The position numbers and the translations under genes were made by a program. From a virus (lineage: Duplodnaviria; Caudoviricetes), in the IMG/VR virus record IMGVR_UViG_3300021255_001460, positions 26,107 to 90,106 of that record: 64,000 bases of DNA; one strand, 5' to 3'. Below, one piece after another: positions 20,428 to 31,600 of the stretch. Every line of letters begins with the position of its first letter. Position 1 is the first letter of the stretch. The notes beneath the pieces were generated by a model. The model did no database searches and was not told where the DNA came from. It worked only from the letters and a program-made list of their open reading frames with translations.

Positions 20428-21285
20428 TTAAATTGCCGCTTGTAATGCTTTCAGTAGTGCGGCGGCTACTGGTCTGTCGAGTTCGAGGATTACCTTCTGT
20501 CCAAGGATCTCCTCGTCGGCTGAAACAATGTCGGGTTCTGGATCTTCAGCAGGATTCATAGTTTCCACTTCTTCCAGATACTCGCTCATGACATATCCGG
20601 TCTTACCGTCGTACTCAACAAACGACCACATAGAGTTGTGCGGTGTGGCGGTTACAATTTCGCCAGCATTGATCTTTGTCACACGGTCGGCTTTCTTGTC
20701 AGGCTTCACACGCATATTGACATAGCCGCCATTCGGTGTAGTCACTTTCATAAACATCATCTGTTCGTCCGCTTCTTCAACAGGAGCGTCATTAAATGCT
20801 TCGGGAATACCCACTCTGTTCCATCCCCCATTCTTTATAGTCTTGCCAGCAAACTTGGATTCGGCTACGCAACCCCGCGAAGAGGATGCATGAACCGCGC
20901 CAAGCCCCTGACCTGTGTAAACCCCAACGTGGCTTGCGTTGCCCTCATTGTCGTTGTAGCCTCTGACTTTCTCGCCGCCATCATCTTTCACAATGAATAG
21001 CCAAGCCCCCACTGGGATCTTTCCAAACTTTGCTTTACACTCTTCCGGTGTGCCTTTCCAAGACAGAGCGTGTCGCCACATGTCGTTTGAGCCGCGATAA
21101 TTGTGCGGCTTGCCGATCTGACGCAAACACCACTCGATCAGTCCTTGGCAGTCCATTCCAGTAAGTGAACTGCCGTTATTGACGTAAGGGATTATGCCGT
21201 CGCGGTTGCCACCATGAGCCGCAACAAAGCTTGGGTCAACCAGATTCATAGCAAAGGCGGCGAACCGTTCGTTAATAGCATCCAT
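20428..21285 (-). CDS. Endolysin (NlpC/P60-type amidase plus SH3b cell-wall-binding domain)
   Basis: MDCQGL, SHVGVY and AVHAS catalytic motifs; C-terminal VNMRVKP...WSFVEYDGKTGYVMSEYL. Confidence 0.85.
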   Translation of the reverse strand: MDAINERFAAFAMNLVDPSFVAAHGGNRDGIIPYVNNGSSLTGMDCQGLIEWCLRQIGKPHNYRGSNDMWRHALSWKGTPEECKAKFGKIPVGAWLFIVKDDGGEKVRGYNDNEGNASHVGVYTGQGLGAVHASSSRGCVAESKFAGKTIKNGGWNRVGIPEAFNDAPVEEADEQMMFMKVTTPNGGYVNMRVKPDKKADRVTKINAGEIVTATPHNSMWSFVEYDGKTGYVMSEYLEEVETMNPAEDPEPDIVSADEEILGQKVILELDRPVAAALLKALQAAI

Positions 21286-21291
21286 TGGTTA

Positions 21292-22425
21292 TCACCTCTT
21301 GCGGCACATCAACTGTCCACTATAGATATAAATCTCATATGGTGTGTTGGTGGCCTCGTCGCGGATTACAATGCCTGTGTCACCATTGATCAGGATGCCA
21401 GCGGGAGCAATCTCGTTGTCCTTGCCCACAGCCAGAACCTTCTCAACATTTCCATCAGCGGCAGTGGTCGAAAGCTTGCATTCCATCAGGTAGTCGAGCC
21501 GCTGGTTGATCTCTTCGTAGAGCGCATCAATACGTGCCTGAATTGCCGCCGCCTGAGAGTTTGCCAGCAGTTCTTCGAGTGCGGTAATCCCCTCTTCGAT
21601 TGCCAGAAGCCGCTCCTCATACTCCGCAAGGGAACTCATATCGATGTGGTGGTCGATCAGAACTTCCCAGTGTTCTGTGTCTGCATCAGGGGCTAACGCT
21701 TCATCCTCTTCGCCAACACCAGCAACCGCCGCTTTGCATAGGTACGTAATTGCATCATAGTCAGCCAGATCAAGTTCTTCATAGCTGGTAGTCTTGTTCC
21801 ACTCACCCGTATATCTTGGGCGAACTCTTCCAGCCACCTGAGTCTCGCCGCCATCAACTGTGTACTCAAGCTGTCCGTCAGCAACGCTCAGTTCCAGATC
21901 AACGTGCGGTTCTGGGAAGGTAAAGTCGAACGAAGTTGTGTCGCCGCCAATCGTGTTCGCCGCCACGCCCAATTCATCGCCAGTCTGTGCGGTTGCCTCG
22001 ATATTTGTAAGCTTTGCAATCTTGTCGAGCAATTCCTGTGCGGTTGCGATCAGCTGACCAATCGCGGTTTCCTCTTCCTGCGTACTCTCATAGCTGACTG
22101 GTTTGCTCCGCGCCACAACTGGCAACCGGATCTCATAGTAGACGGTCACGCCTTCATTGTCGGTTACCTCGAGGTACACAAATACTTGCTTGCCGCGAAT
22201 CAAAACCACATCAGGTACTGTGATCAGAATATTCGGGGGATCAACAGTAACGGCGGCTGGTACTGCGGCTTGCTGTCCGTCAAAAGCGGCTTGGGCGCTA
22301 TAAATCATATCGCTTGGAATGCCGCTCAAACTGATCTGCACACCTGTATCCCACTGATATGCGGAAGTCGAACAGGTGGCGACCGTTTCGCCATTCTCCA
22401 TGATGGCGTATATTTTCTTAGCCAT
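21292..22425 (-). CDS. BppU-like baseplate/tail protein
   Basis: YQWDTGVQI...VPDVVL...YL...EIRLPVVARSKP N-terminal pattern; located in the tail tip module. Confidence 0.6.
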   Translation of the reverse strand: MAKKIYAIMENGETVATCSTSAYQWDTGVQISLSGIPSDMIYSAQAAFDGQQAAVPAAVTVDPPNILITVPDVVLIRGKQVFVYLEVTDNEGVTVYYEIRLPVVARSKPVSYESTQEEETAIGQLIATAQELLDKIAKLTNIEATAQTGDELGVAANTIGGDTTSFDFTFPEPHVDLELSVADGQLEYTVDGGETQVAGRVRPRYTGEWNKTTSYEELDLADYDAITYLCKAAVAGVGEEDEALAPDADTEHWEVLIDHHIDMSSLAEYEERLLAIEEGITALEELLANSQAAAIQARIDALYEEINQRLDYLMECKLSTTAADGNVEKVLAVGKDNEIAPAGILINGDTGIVIRDEATNTPYEIYIYSGQLMCRKR

Positions 22426-22438
22426 AGGTATCACCTCA

Positions 22439-22804
22439 TTAAAGCGCATTCTGTGGCGGCTTTGCGTGTCGGATCACGGGTATCCTGATTTGTCGCACAG
22501 TCTTCCACTGCTTCTCGCCCACTGGGTCAAAGATGTAGCACAAAACATCAATGGCGGTCTGAAACAAGCTGTCCGGGATTGCAAACTTCAAAGTGCCGTC
22601 AGCCGCAACAGTTACGTTCTCAACCTCAAATGTTCCGTACACACCAACATTCGCTTTGGTAATGTGGGCAACGTATCTTGTCTGCGGCGCTGGAACTCCG
22701 GTCAGTTCCATCCTGACTCCGTTCTGCCACTGATAAACGGGAGCAGAGATCGCGAAGAAATCTACTCCCGTTTCAAGGTTTGTCATATCAAGTTTTAACG
22801 TCAT
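22439..22804 (-). CDS. BppU-like small tail protein
   Basis: YQWQNGVRMEL...IPDSLFQ...IRIPVIRHAKP, a paralog-like match to the downstream N-terminus. Confidence 0.55.
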   Translation of the reverse strand: MTLKLDMTNLETGVDFFAISAPVYQWQNGVRMELTGVPAPQTRYVAHITKANVGVYGTFEVENVTVAADGTLKFAIPDSLFQTAIDVLCYIFDPVGEKQWKTVRQIRIPVIRHAKPPQNAL

Positions 22805-22998
22805 TCGGCATCAACTGCCTTTGCTTCATGTTCCTTGTTGTAATTATCCAAGTACTGACCGATTGCGTTCAGGTCGTTATCAATTGCGGAAACAATGCGA
22901 CAGCTCTGAGTCCCGATTACTGTCAACTGTCCAAGCGTCTGAAGAATTGCAATGATTCCTTTTACACAATCTTTGATAGAATTAAATCCCTGTTCCAT
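22801..22998 (-). CDS. Small hypothetical tail-region protein
   Basis: SD AAGGAG; coupled ORF. Confidence 0.6.
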   Translation of the reverse strand: MEQGFNSIKDCVKGIIAILQTLGQLTVIGTQSCRIVSAIDNDLNAIGQYLDNYNKEHEAKAVDAE

Positions 22999-23016
22999 AA
23001 TCCTTGCTCCTTTATG

Positions 23017-23223
23017 TTAATCCTCAAATGTCTCAGCAATAGACTGACCAAAATTCAGAAAGTCTTGAGCCATCTTAACCTCAGAGTCTTTGGTTAGCAC
23101 AATGTTCTTTTTGATATTTGATTTCACAATACTACGTGTCGCCTCATCAATAACATTGTACGTAATTGCAACACGCATACCAGTAGGATCATTCCATGTA
23201 GTCATCGCAACTACTTTATTCAT
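23017..23223 (-). CDS. Small hypothetical tail-region protein
   Basis: SD GAGGT; coupled ORF. Confidence 0.6.
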   Translation of the reverse strand: MNKVVAMTTWNDPTGMRVAITYNVIDEATRSIVKSNIKKNIVLTKDSEVKMAQDFLNFGQSIAETFED

Positions 23224-23233
23224 AATATCAACC

Positions 23234-26200
23234 TCACATAATACCTGATGTTTGATAGTCTGGTAGTGCTTCCAGTCGTTCCATTCTTGTATTGATATAA
23301 TCCTTTTGCGGTGATTTTACTTCCCAACCAAACCGCATATTGGGTGTACCACATACAATGAAGTAAGCTGGATATCTTTCTTTAACAAAGCACATGCCAT
23401 CGTCATAGGCTTGAATAAAGACTTGATACGCACTTGTACTAATAGTTTCGGCAAATACTGGATCGAGATCAACATATGCGTATCCGTCCGCACCAATTAT
23501 TCCCTCGCCAATATCTCCAAACATTGGTGTCGGTGTTTCGTATGCGGACATAGTAACCGCGCCATAATGTTCCGTGGTAAATAATCTATTCTTCTGTCCA
23601 CCACCAACTACAGTGAAATAATGGCCTGATGGAATATTCATGGATATATCGCCGTTTTGGTAAAACCGCATGTAACACCCGGCACTCTCTGCATCCGGTT
23701 CGTCGCTATATCCAAGTTCAAATGCATTTTGGTATCCAGATACACCCTGTAAAAAACCACGATAATAACCACCAGCAATGATGTTAATCGTATTATTGAA
23801 TCCGCATCTGCCATCATTCCAAAAATACATTTGCCCACCACTAGACACAAGAGTCATCGTCATCGTGCCATCGGAACTCCATACACAACTTGATGCATTG
23901 CCAATCACCATATTCCCGGCATGGTCAATAAAGCATCCGTGGGTTTGGTTTACATTTGAGGAACGAAAAGTCCAACCAGCACTCGTTGGTGGTCGAAGTA
24001 CTGTATAACTTGTACTGCCACCAATATTGGAAGCACTATATAAGTTCCCGTATTGATCAATTGTCCAACCGCCAATCTTACCGCCAGTTGCAGTAATATT
24101 ACTACACGTAACAGCGCCAGCCGTAGTTACTTGGAAAGCACCATTCCCGATATTAATCGATGCACCACTGATAGACCCACCAGTGACAGTCAGATTGCTA
24201 CAACTCACAGCACCAGCAGTAGATACGGTAAAAGCGCCGCTACCAATATTGATAGATGTACCACTGATCGACCCACCAGTGACAGTAAGGTTTGTACAAG
24301 TAACCTTACCACTCGCAGTTACCCTGAATGGCGCTGATGCAAGTGTCGAACTACCAGCATAAATAACAACATTGTCACCAGTCACACCAGAGCGCAACCC
24401 AACACGGGAAGCACCAGTGCCGCTATATAACGTATCTGTTCCGATTGTCCAACCAGCAATACTGCCGCCATTCTTTGCGGTCATATAGCCGTTTTGGTCA
24501 ATCGAGAAACCGTTGTTAATTGTGGTATGACCAATCAAGCTGATCTTGGATGCATTAATGGTCGCACCTTCGGTTGACACATTGATCGCATTGATTACGC
24601 CGTTCTGATCAACCTTTGCCGACCACGAAGATGCGTTCTGTTCAACTGTGGTCTTTACGCCGCTATAAGTATTGTTGACGGTTTGCATGATCGACTCTGG
24701 CATCAGCCTAATAGTAGTCTGCATCCCAGTGATCGTGCTGTTCGCCGACAGGTCAATGCTTTGCCCCACACCAGCCGCCAGATGACTTGCGGTAATTGTT
24801 CCAGCTTCAATTCGCGCCGCAGAAAGATAACCAGTGATTATCTCGTCGGCACTAAAGCCTCGTCCTGCACATGATTCCATTATTACTAATGGCGTAGACT
24901 ATCTCTTAATCCACTTGGGATTCAGTGCGCTTCGACTGGTAACTCATCTTCCAGCCTACATAATAGTCGTTACACCTTCCGCTTTGTTGCGGCTTGGCAC
25001 GGTATTATCCACGAAGGACTTCACCGTTAGCAACTTACGTCACACCCCTGAGTAATAGGGTTCACACTGTTTAACCAATATGTCGCCACATTGGTGGGCC
25101 TGAACGTTGACCCAAATGTTCTCCAGTTCCAATTACCGTTTTCATCTTTGCCGTTCGCGATCATAAATCCGTCGCCGCACAACATCATCGCGGCCTCATC
25201 GTTTGCCTCGACAAACATCATGTTTCCGTTGTCGTCCGTATACCATGAAGATCTGGACGACATGAACTGATGCTTCAGCACATCGATAGTTCCTTCGAGC
25301 CGCTCAGTAAATATCGAGCCATCCATATTGATAATGTTTGTGCGGTTATAAATGTCTGCTCTTGATTGCAGTTCGCTTGTTACTTCGCTGATGCGTTGCA
25401 GTACAGATCCAAGATCCTTGCCGCTCAACGAAATATCTTCATCCGTGATCTCGATCTTGTCATCCCACGGGTGATCCATATACCGTGTAATCTTCTTGAC
25501 ATACAACAGTGCATTTACGTTCAGGATTGCATCGTAAACTCGCACCTCTGTATTAATCTCAAAGTCATAGATGTCGCGCCCCAATACCTGTGCCATGTTT
25601 GTGCGGGTCACAGAGTAAGTCACAACTGGGCGGCTCATGCGTTCCATTACATTCTGGGCATCAGCATACAGGGCGGCTTCCTGACCGACAATGTAGTTCG
25701 GATTGTTCCACTTGCCATCCTTAATCAGGTCGCCCAGAGAAGAATGCATGAAGGTAGACTCCGCATCAATCTGCTGTTGCTGAATGTTCGCCACCGCAAG
25801 CGAATTTTTATACACGGTGTAAGCCAGATCAGCCGCACGATACATGATAACTTTCAGGCCAAGTTCCTTTTCGGTTGTACTTCCCCAGCCGTCATAGATC
25901 TTATTGATCTCGGTCTGAATCTCGGCTATCTGTGCGCGGTATGTGGCTTTCTTTTCCTCACTCGCTGTTGCCGCAATCATTCGGTTCAGCGACTTGATGC
26001 TCTCCTGCTTTGCCGCAATCGAAGCTTCCATCGAGCCAACCCAGCCAGCCGATGTACCAGTACCAGACTTCGACAGGGTGGCGTATTTCACCGCATACTT
26101 GTCAGTGCTGTTAAAAGTGATAGCGCCGCCAGCACCTACGGTTACCGCACGATAAACCTTGTTCGGGCCAACTACGATAACATAGTCGCCCTCGAGCAAT

Positions 26201-27234
26201 CTCTGCTTATCGACTGCTACTTCGCCGCCAATAAACTGGTCAACGATTTGCCCATTCTGAAGCACAAACTCAACATAGTTGTATTGACCCCAGTATGTGT
26301 TTAGCTTGTTTGAGTTGGTGTTATATGTTGCAGTTGCGGCCTTAATCTGCTGGTTGAGCGAGATCCGCGAGTTAATATAGTTGTCGTAAATTACCTGATG
26401 TTCCGCAGTGAATAAGCCGATCTCTTTATAGTAGTCGAAGTTCATGAGGAAGTTCAGCCCAGTCGGGTTCACTTCATCAATTCCGACATACCCATCGTCG
26501 CCATACTCGCCCTCAACATACAGGCGGGTAATGATATCTTCCGTATTGTACGAAACAGTCAGTGCGGTCAGGTCGCGCCCAATAGCCATCTCACGAAGAT
26601 CGTTGCGGTTCTCCATACACTTGAAGGCAACAGTCTTCTTGTCGGTGTCCGCGATCAGATAACCATTGAACAGTTCGCACAGGGTTACCAGTAACTTGTA
26701 CGCCCCAACGCCGCCACTCATATCCAAGCTTCGGATCTTTTCGGTTGTGCCGTCAGCTTCGTAGAATGTATCGGTTTTGGTAGTGTCCAGCGTCCACCCA
26801 GTTCCGTTAAGAATATCGGTGGCGAGATTCGGCAGTGTATCAATACCAGTTTCGTCGCCGTCATATTCTTTGTAGATCTGCTTGGTTCGCAACTGAGAGA
26901 GTAAAGTGGTACAGGTAACAGACTCGCTGATCGCCTTATCACTTCGCGTCTTCTTTGGGATGTGAATGATGAACCATACGTTGCGGTCACGTTCAGTAAG
27001 CCGCACCAAGTATTCATTCACCACAAAATCCCAGCGATGGTTGCGCGATCCATCTGGTAACCTGTACGGCATGTCAAACCTTAATGTTTCCCAAGCTTCG
27101 TAGTCGGATGTGTATTCGATGTTGTACGCTTGTCCGGGCGACTGTACTTCGGAATCGTAGAGGTCGCACACTTTCTCGCGGTTAAGGTTGAATATGCTTA
27201 ATGTACACTTTGGATATTCGTTTAGTTGTGCCAC
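23234..27234 (-). CDS. Tail tip/Tal-like endopeptidase-domain tail protein, split by a group I intron (exons 27234-25110 and 24867-23234; ~1252 aa)
   Basis: Splicing joins NWNWRTFG to SGRGFSADEIITGYLS in frame. The N-terminus has the prophage tail endopeptidase pattern ITRLYVEG; the C-terminus has Gly/Thr-rich beta repeats. Confidence 0.85.
24868..25109 (-). ncRNA. Group I intron (242 nt, no ORF)
   Basis: P1: exon UGGGU pairs with IGS GCCCA, with U.G at the splice site. Core elements GCTAACGGTGAA, AATACCGTGCCAAGCC, TGTAACGACTA and GAGATAGTCT are present; terminal G; P10 with CAGGACG. Confidence 0.9.
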
Positions 27235-27246
27235 TTGCCCACCCCC

Positions 27247-28332
27247 TTACCGCATCAGGCCATCAAAGGTGATGGTAAGTTTGGACAAGCTGGCATTTCC
27301 AGATCCGCTCTGCCCGGTAATGTTCTGCGTAGACACAATGAGTTCATTCATCTTGCCGACCAGACAAACATCGCCCTTAGTTGCTGGCATGTTCGCGTTG
27401 ATTGTACAAGAGCCGCCATCATCAGCTACCGCCAGAATCTTTCGCCAAGCGCCCTGTACGTAAATGTAACTGCCTACATCTTCTGGGAAAAACTTCGCGG
27501 TTGTTTTCAGCAAAGCAGATCCTTGAGCGCAGATCACATAAATGTCGCGCCTGTACGGGAAGCAAGGCTCAAGATTGATGTACCCTTTGTCGTGGTATGC
27601 AAACGCATAGTTCGAGCCAACCGTGATCTTCTGGTACTTACTGTCGATGACCAGATCCTGACCAGAGGGCAACCCGACAATTTCGCACGTATCATTGTTG
27701 GCGCTGTTTACGATCACAAGTTTACGGCCTGTCGGAATTGTTCCGCGCACAGTAATGGTCGCCGGGGTTGGCTCAGTGCCGGGATTCCACACAAGCTTTG
27801 TACCCATTGCAGTTGACACGGCTGGGATCATGGAGTGGCGAAGTATGCCGCAAAAAGATTCGATGCGGTACTCGTCTACCTCGTTGTCAGTGAGTTCCAA
27901 CGTGTTCATTGTGCCGAATGGATAATACGCCGTCAGGTTGAGCGTGATTGTGCCGCTATACACTGTGAGCAGATTACGGTTCGTGTGTTCCTGATAGCGG
28001 TCGCCAGTGGGCAGTTTGCTAGGCCGCACCATGTAGGTGATCCAAGGGCGCTCGTCAAAAACCAGTTCGCCCAGTACGCCAACGTGAACCCACTGGTAAA
28101 TCTTGTCAAGCTGTGCATCGGTCAGGTCTTCAAAGTAGCAGTACAAGCTGAAGTCCTTTTGCTGAACGGTCGCCCCATTATAATAAGCGCCGGGAAAGTT
28201 TGTTACTGTTGCTGTGTTCACTTTGTACGGTGTGCCAGCATCCAGCAATGTCTTGGAATTGGGTATATAGGTCTATCCCATCTCGGTACAGTGGATGCCG
28301 CGAAAAGTAAACCCCATCACATCCGCTTTCAA
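27247..28332 (-). CDS. Distal tail (Dit)-like protein with an in-frame TAG at codon 20 (28273-28275)
   Basis: Reads MKADVMGFTFRGIHCTEMG*TYIPNSKTLLDAG..., in frame with the track ORF. GFTFxGxH is the usual Dit N-terminus, and the gene follows the tape measure gene. Confidence 0.85.
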
Positions 28333-28338
28333 TGGTCA

Positions 28339-28599
28339 TCACCGCCTGTTGGTATTTAAATTAATGCCCTCAATTTCTGCGCGGCGCTCCAGAATTCCAA
28401 GCAGGTCATCCATCACGCTCAACTGATACTCCAGCAAATTGTAAGGGCAGTTTGGTTCAAAGTTCAGTTCGTTGCGACGGTGTCGATTCAATATCACTTT
28501 CATCTTGTCGGCACGTATCCGCAACTGCCAGTATTCCGCACGAAATCGATCACGATAATCATCAGATAACATCAAATCCACAGTGTCTTGTAATTTCAT
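28339..28599 (-). CDS. Small conserved phage protein (crAss001_48-like)
   Basis: DTVDLMLSDDYRDRFRAEYWQLRIR...CP..LL..QL..M..YL.ILERRAEIEGI-type pattern; SD AAGGAG. Confidence 0.65.
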   Translation of the reverse strand: MKLQDTVDLMLSDDYRDRFRAEYWQLRIRADKMKVILNRHRRNELNFEPNCPYNLLEYQLSVMDDLLGILERRAEIEGINLNTNRR

Positions 28600-28624
28600 G
28601 ACGCTTCGCTCCTTTTGCCTCAAT

Positions 28625-28656
28625 AAAAAGGGAGAGGCGCGAAGACCCCTCCCTTT
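28625..28656 (-). terminator. Hairpin/terminator after the tape measure gene
   Basis: On the minus strand AAAGGGAGG-GTCTTCGCG-CCTCTCCCTTTTT. Confidence 0.55.
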
Positions 28657-28673
28657 ATATAATATCAAATAAA

Positions 28674-31600
28674 TCAGTTGAATCTGATGCCGCCAACAGA
28701 CATTCCCTTCGACATATCTGCCACAATGGAATCCTTGACACGGGTGGCAACTTCTTCAAAGTCCGCATCATCATTCAGGGTGTCAACCTGTACGATAATG
28801 TCGCCCACATTAATTGTGTTCGCCGTAGTGTTTGTGCCAGCCAGACCGCCAAAGGAAGGAAGCTGGAAGTGCATCATGCCGATGGTGTCGAGCATATCGT
28901 TCAGCGCCTTCAAGCTGTTGGAGCGGTCGGCGTTGATCAGCAGTCGAGTCAGTTCCGCATCGTTGATACTTTCCGGGTTCGTCTTTGTGCCGTCGAGCCA
29001 AGCATAACCTGTGCGGTCAATCAAGCCGCCAGATGCATAAGCACGATGTGTATTACCCATTGCACGAGCCGCCACAGAAGCAACAGCCGACACAATGTTT
29101 GTGCTTGTGCGTTCAACCGCTTGATTTACCATATTACTAAGCCACCCGCCACCGGAACTCCCGGACGAATTTGCGTTGTTGGAATTTGTAAACCGCGAGA
29201 ATGCTGTACTAACTGTTTCTGGATTCGCTTGGTTAACTGTCCGGCTAATACTACTCAGGAAGCCACCGCTACCAGAACTACCAGACACAGGCGTTGTGTT
29301 AACACGATCCTGCGTCTTTCTCGGAATATTATAAGCACGAACATAGTCAGCAGAAACAACACCGCCACCGGGCAGATTCTTGTTACGCCAATTCACACAT
29401 TCGGTCTGACTTGCTGGGCCATAATACCAATACTTGTCATCCACAACATAGAATTGCCCATTGCTATCAGCAAGCATAAACAGGTCGCTACCCTGTCCAA
29501 GATGGTTAATTGTTCCAGAACGGATAGGCACTTGAGAAGTTGTCGGTTGTCCATTGCCTCCAGATCCTCCTCTGCCTCCACCGCCGCCAGATCCACCAGT
29601 CGCAGATGCCGCCGCCGCACTAGCAGAAGCCGCCGCAGACTGTACCTGACTCAATGCCTGAAGCGCGGTATTGGTGAATTCCATCAACTGCTCTGTTGGG
29701 AACATATCGATGTATGCTCTTCTCAGATTCTCAATAGCATCCTGCCAGCCCTGTGTCATCAGTTTCTGTGCATAGCTATTGGCTTCAAGGAACTCCTGAC
29801 TGTTCTCCTGTAGGAACTGTATGATGTAGTCGCCGCCCTTGGAGATGATCTCTTCAACCTCATCCCAGTTGGTCTTAATGATGCCAAACATTTTTTCAAG
29901 AGTTTCTGTCCAACTATCAGAATACTCTTTCTGCATGTTGGCGGTCGCCTTAATATACTCTTCGTCGTTCGCTTTAAGCCACTCGAGGATTTCGGTCATA
30001 GACATCTTCATGATATTGTTGACTTCTGCCTCAAAGTTCCTCGGATCTTTCAGCAGTTCCTCATAGTAGCTTTCGATGTAATCCGCATAGTCTTCAAGAG
30101 ATTCAACCTTTTCTGTGATAGCTTCCTGCTGGGCTTCAACTTCCTGTTCAGCCGCATCCCAAGCGATTTCTTCCTGAAGTTCCGCAATCTCTTTGGCAAT
30201 CTTCTGGGCATCTTTGGCGCGGGTCGGGTCAGCAGAAATACGAGCGTACTGTGCCTGTAAGTTGGACAGTCGCATCGCTTTGTCTTCCTGTTCAGCAAGC
30301 TGTTTGCGCTTGTTCAACTGGTTGGTCAGTTCGGAAGACTCTTTGTTCAGCGCCTTGATACGGGTGTTGGTGGTTTCAAGGATCTCGTCGCGCTCTTTCT
30401 CATAACGCTTCATGACCACTTCGAGGATCTTTTCTTCCACCTCACGCGATGCTTCAAACGCTTCTTTCTCGCGTGCTTTCCGGTCTTCGATTGCCGCATT
30501 GATGGTGTCGCGCAGGTCGCTTTCCATCTGCCAGATCTGTTTGCGGTATTCCTTGATAGCCTTTTCGTTGGCCTTGATCTGGGCGGTGTTCTGAAGAATG
30601 GCTTTGTTATAGTCGGCGTACTTCTTTTCAAGTTCGGTCAGGCGCGATGCAACGGAGTCATAAACTTCGCTGTTCGCATCTGTGCTGGCGAGTTCGGCTT
30701 TGGTTTCGTCAATCTTGGATCTCAGCTGATCCATATTGCTCTGGTAAACCTCAGACTGTTTTGCCAGCCACTTGTTTTCTTCGGTCAGAGTATTGATTAC
30801 GCCAGTGAGATAACCTTCGTCAGCCCAAGATTTTTCAATAATGCCAAGTCGGTCGAGCAGATCTTTAATGGCATCGATCTCATTGTCGATACTATCAAGA
30901 AAGAGTTTTTGTCTCCTACTTGCGGCTTCTTCGGCTTTCTGTGCTTCTTCAGCGGCAATTTCTTCGGCAGTCTTTTTAGTACCACCACCGCCTCCACCGC
31001 CACCTCTCTTGCCAGTGGTTGTCGCTGTTTCGTTATTATTTTTCTTACTACTTGTTGCCGATGCGGCTTTTGCGGCAAGACCTGTTAACCTACTAGTCGC
31101 GCTACCACCACCGCCGCCATTCACAGTCGCAGTCACCAGTCCATTAGCATCAACACCAATCCTCACGCCGTTCAAAGACATAGCCTTGTTCAACAGATTG
31201 GCAAGCGCAACCTCTGCTTCGGTGGCTGTGGATTTCATTCTGATAAAACCGTTTGTAAACGATGACGGGTCAAATCTTGTGCCAGCCATGTTCACCAAAG
31301 CCTGTGTTAAGACTTGGATGGATGCTCGGACTTGTTCGGTTTGCCCGTTCAGAATCTGAAGCGCAGTGTCAAGGTTATTTTTGACAGAATCGGCAGTCAT
31401 ACCAGTTACGGATGCCAGAAGCGAATATGCACTGGTCATTTCCTTGGTATCAGCCCCGGCATTCGCAGTGACATAATCCAAAGCTTCATATGCTCGTCTT
31501 AACTTGTCGGACTGGTCAATCATCTTTGCCATCGCTTCGGTAAATGTACCCTGATCTTCACCAGCCGCACTAAAAGCTGTCGCATACTGTTTGATAATCT

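Noticed and set aside
18765-21285. Diversity-generating retroelement at the tail fibre
   Set aside because: No reverse transcriptase or TR/VR pair; the variation is explained by the inversion.
23234-25109. Two separate tail genes (735 aa and 548 aa)
   Set aside because: The gap has group I intron core elements and splicing restores a continuous motif.
25366-26304. 312-aa + strand ORF (likewise 40153-40860, 44162-45187, 46048-46812, 54570-55412)
   Set aside because: These are antisense shadows of well-supported minus-strand genes, with no SD or motifs.
29560-31130. Gly/Ser/Ala-rich repeats as separate repeat elements
   Set aside because: They are low-complexity linkers within the tape measure reading frame.
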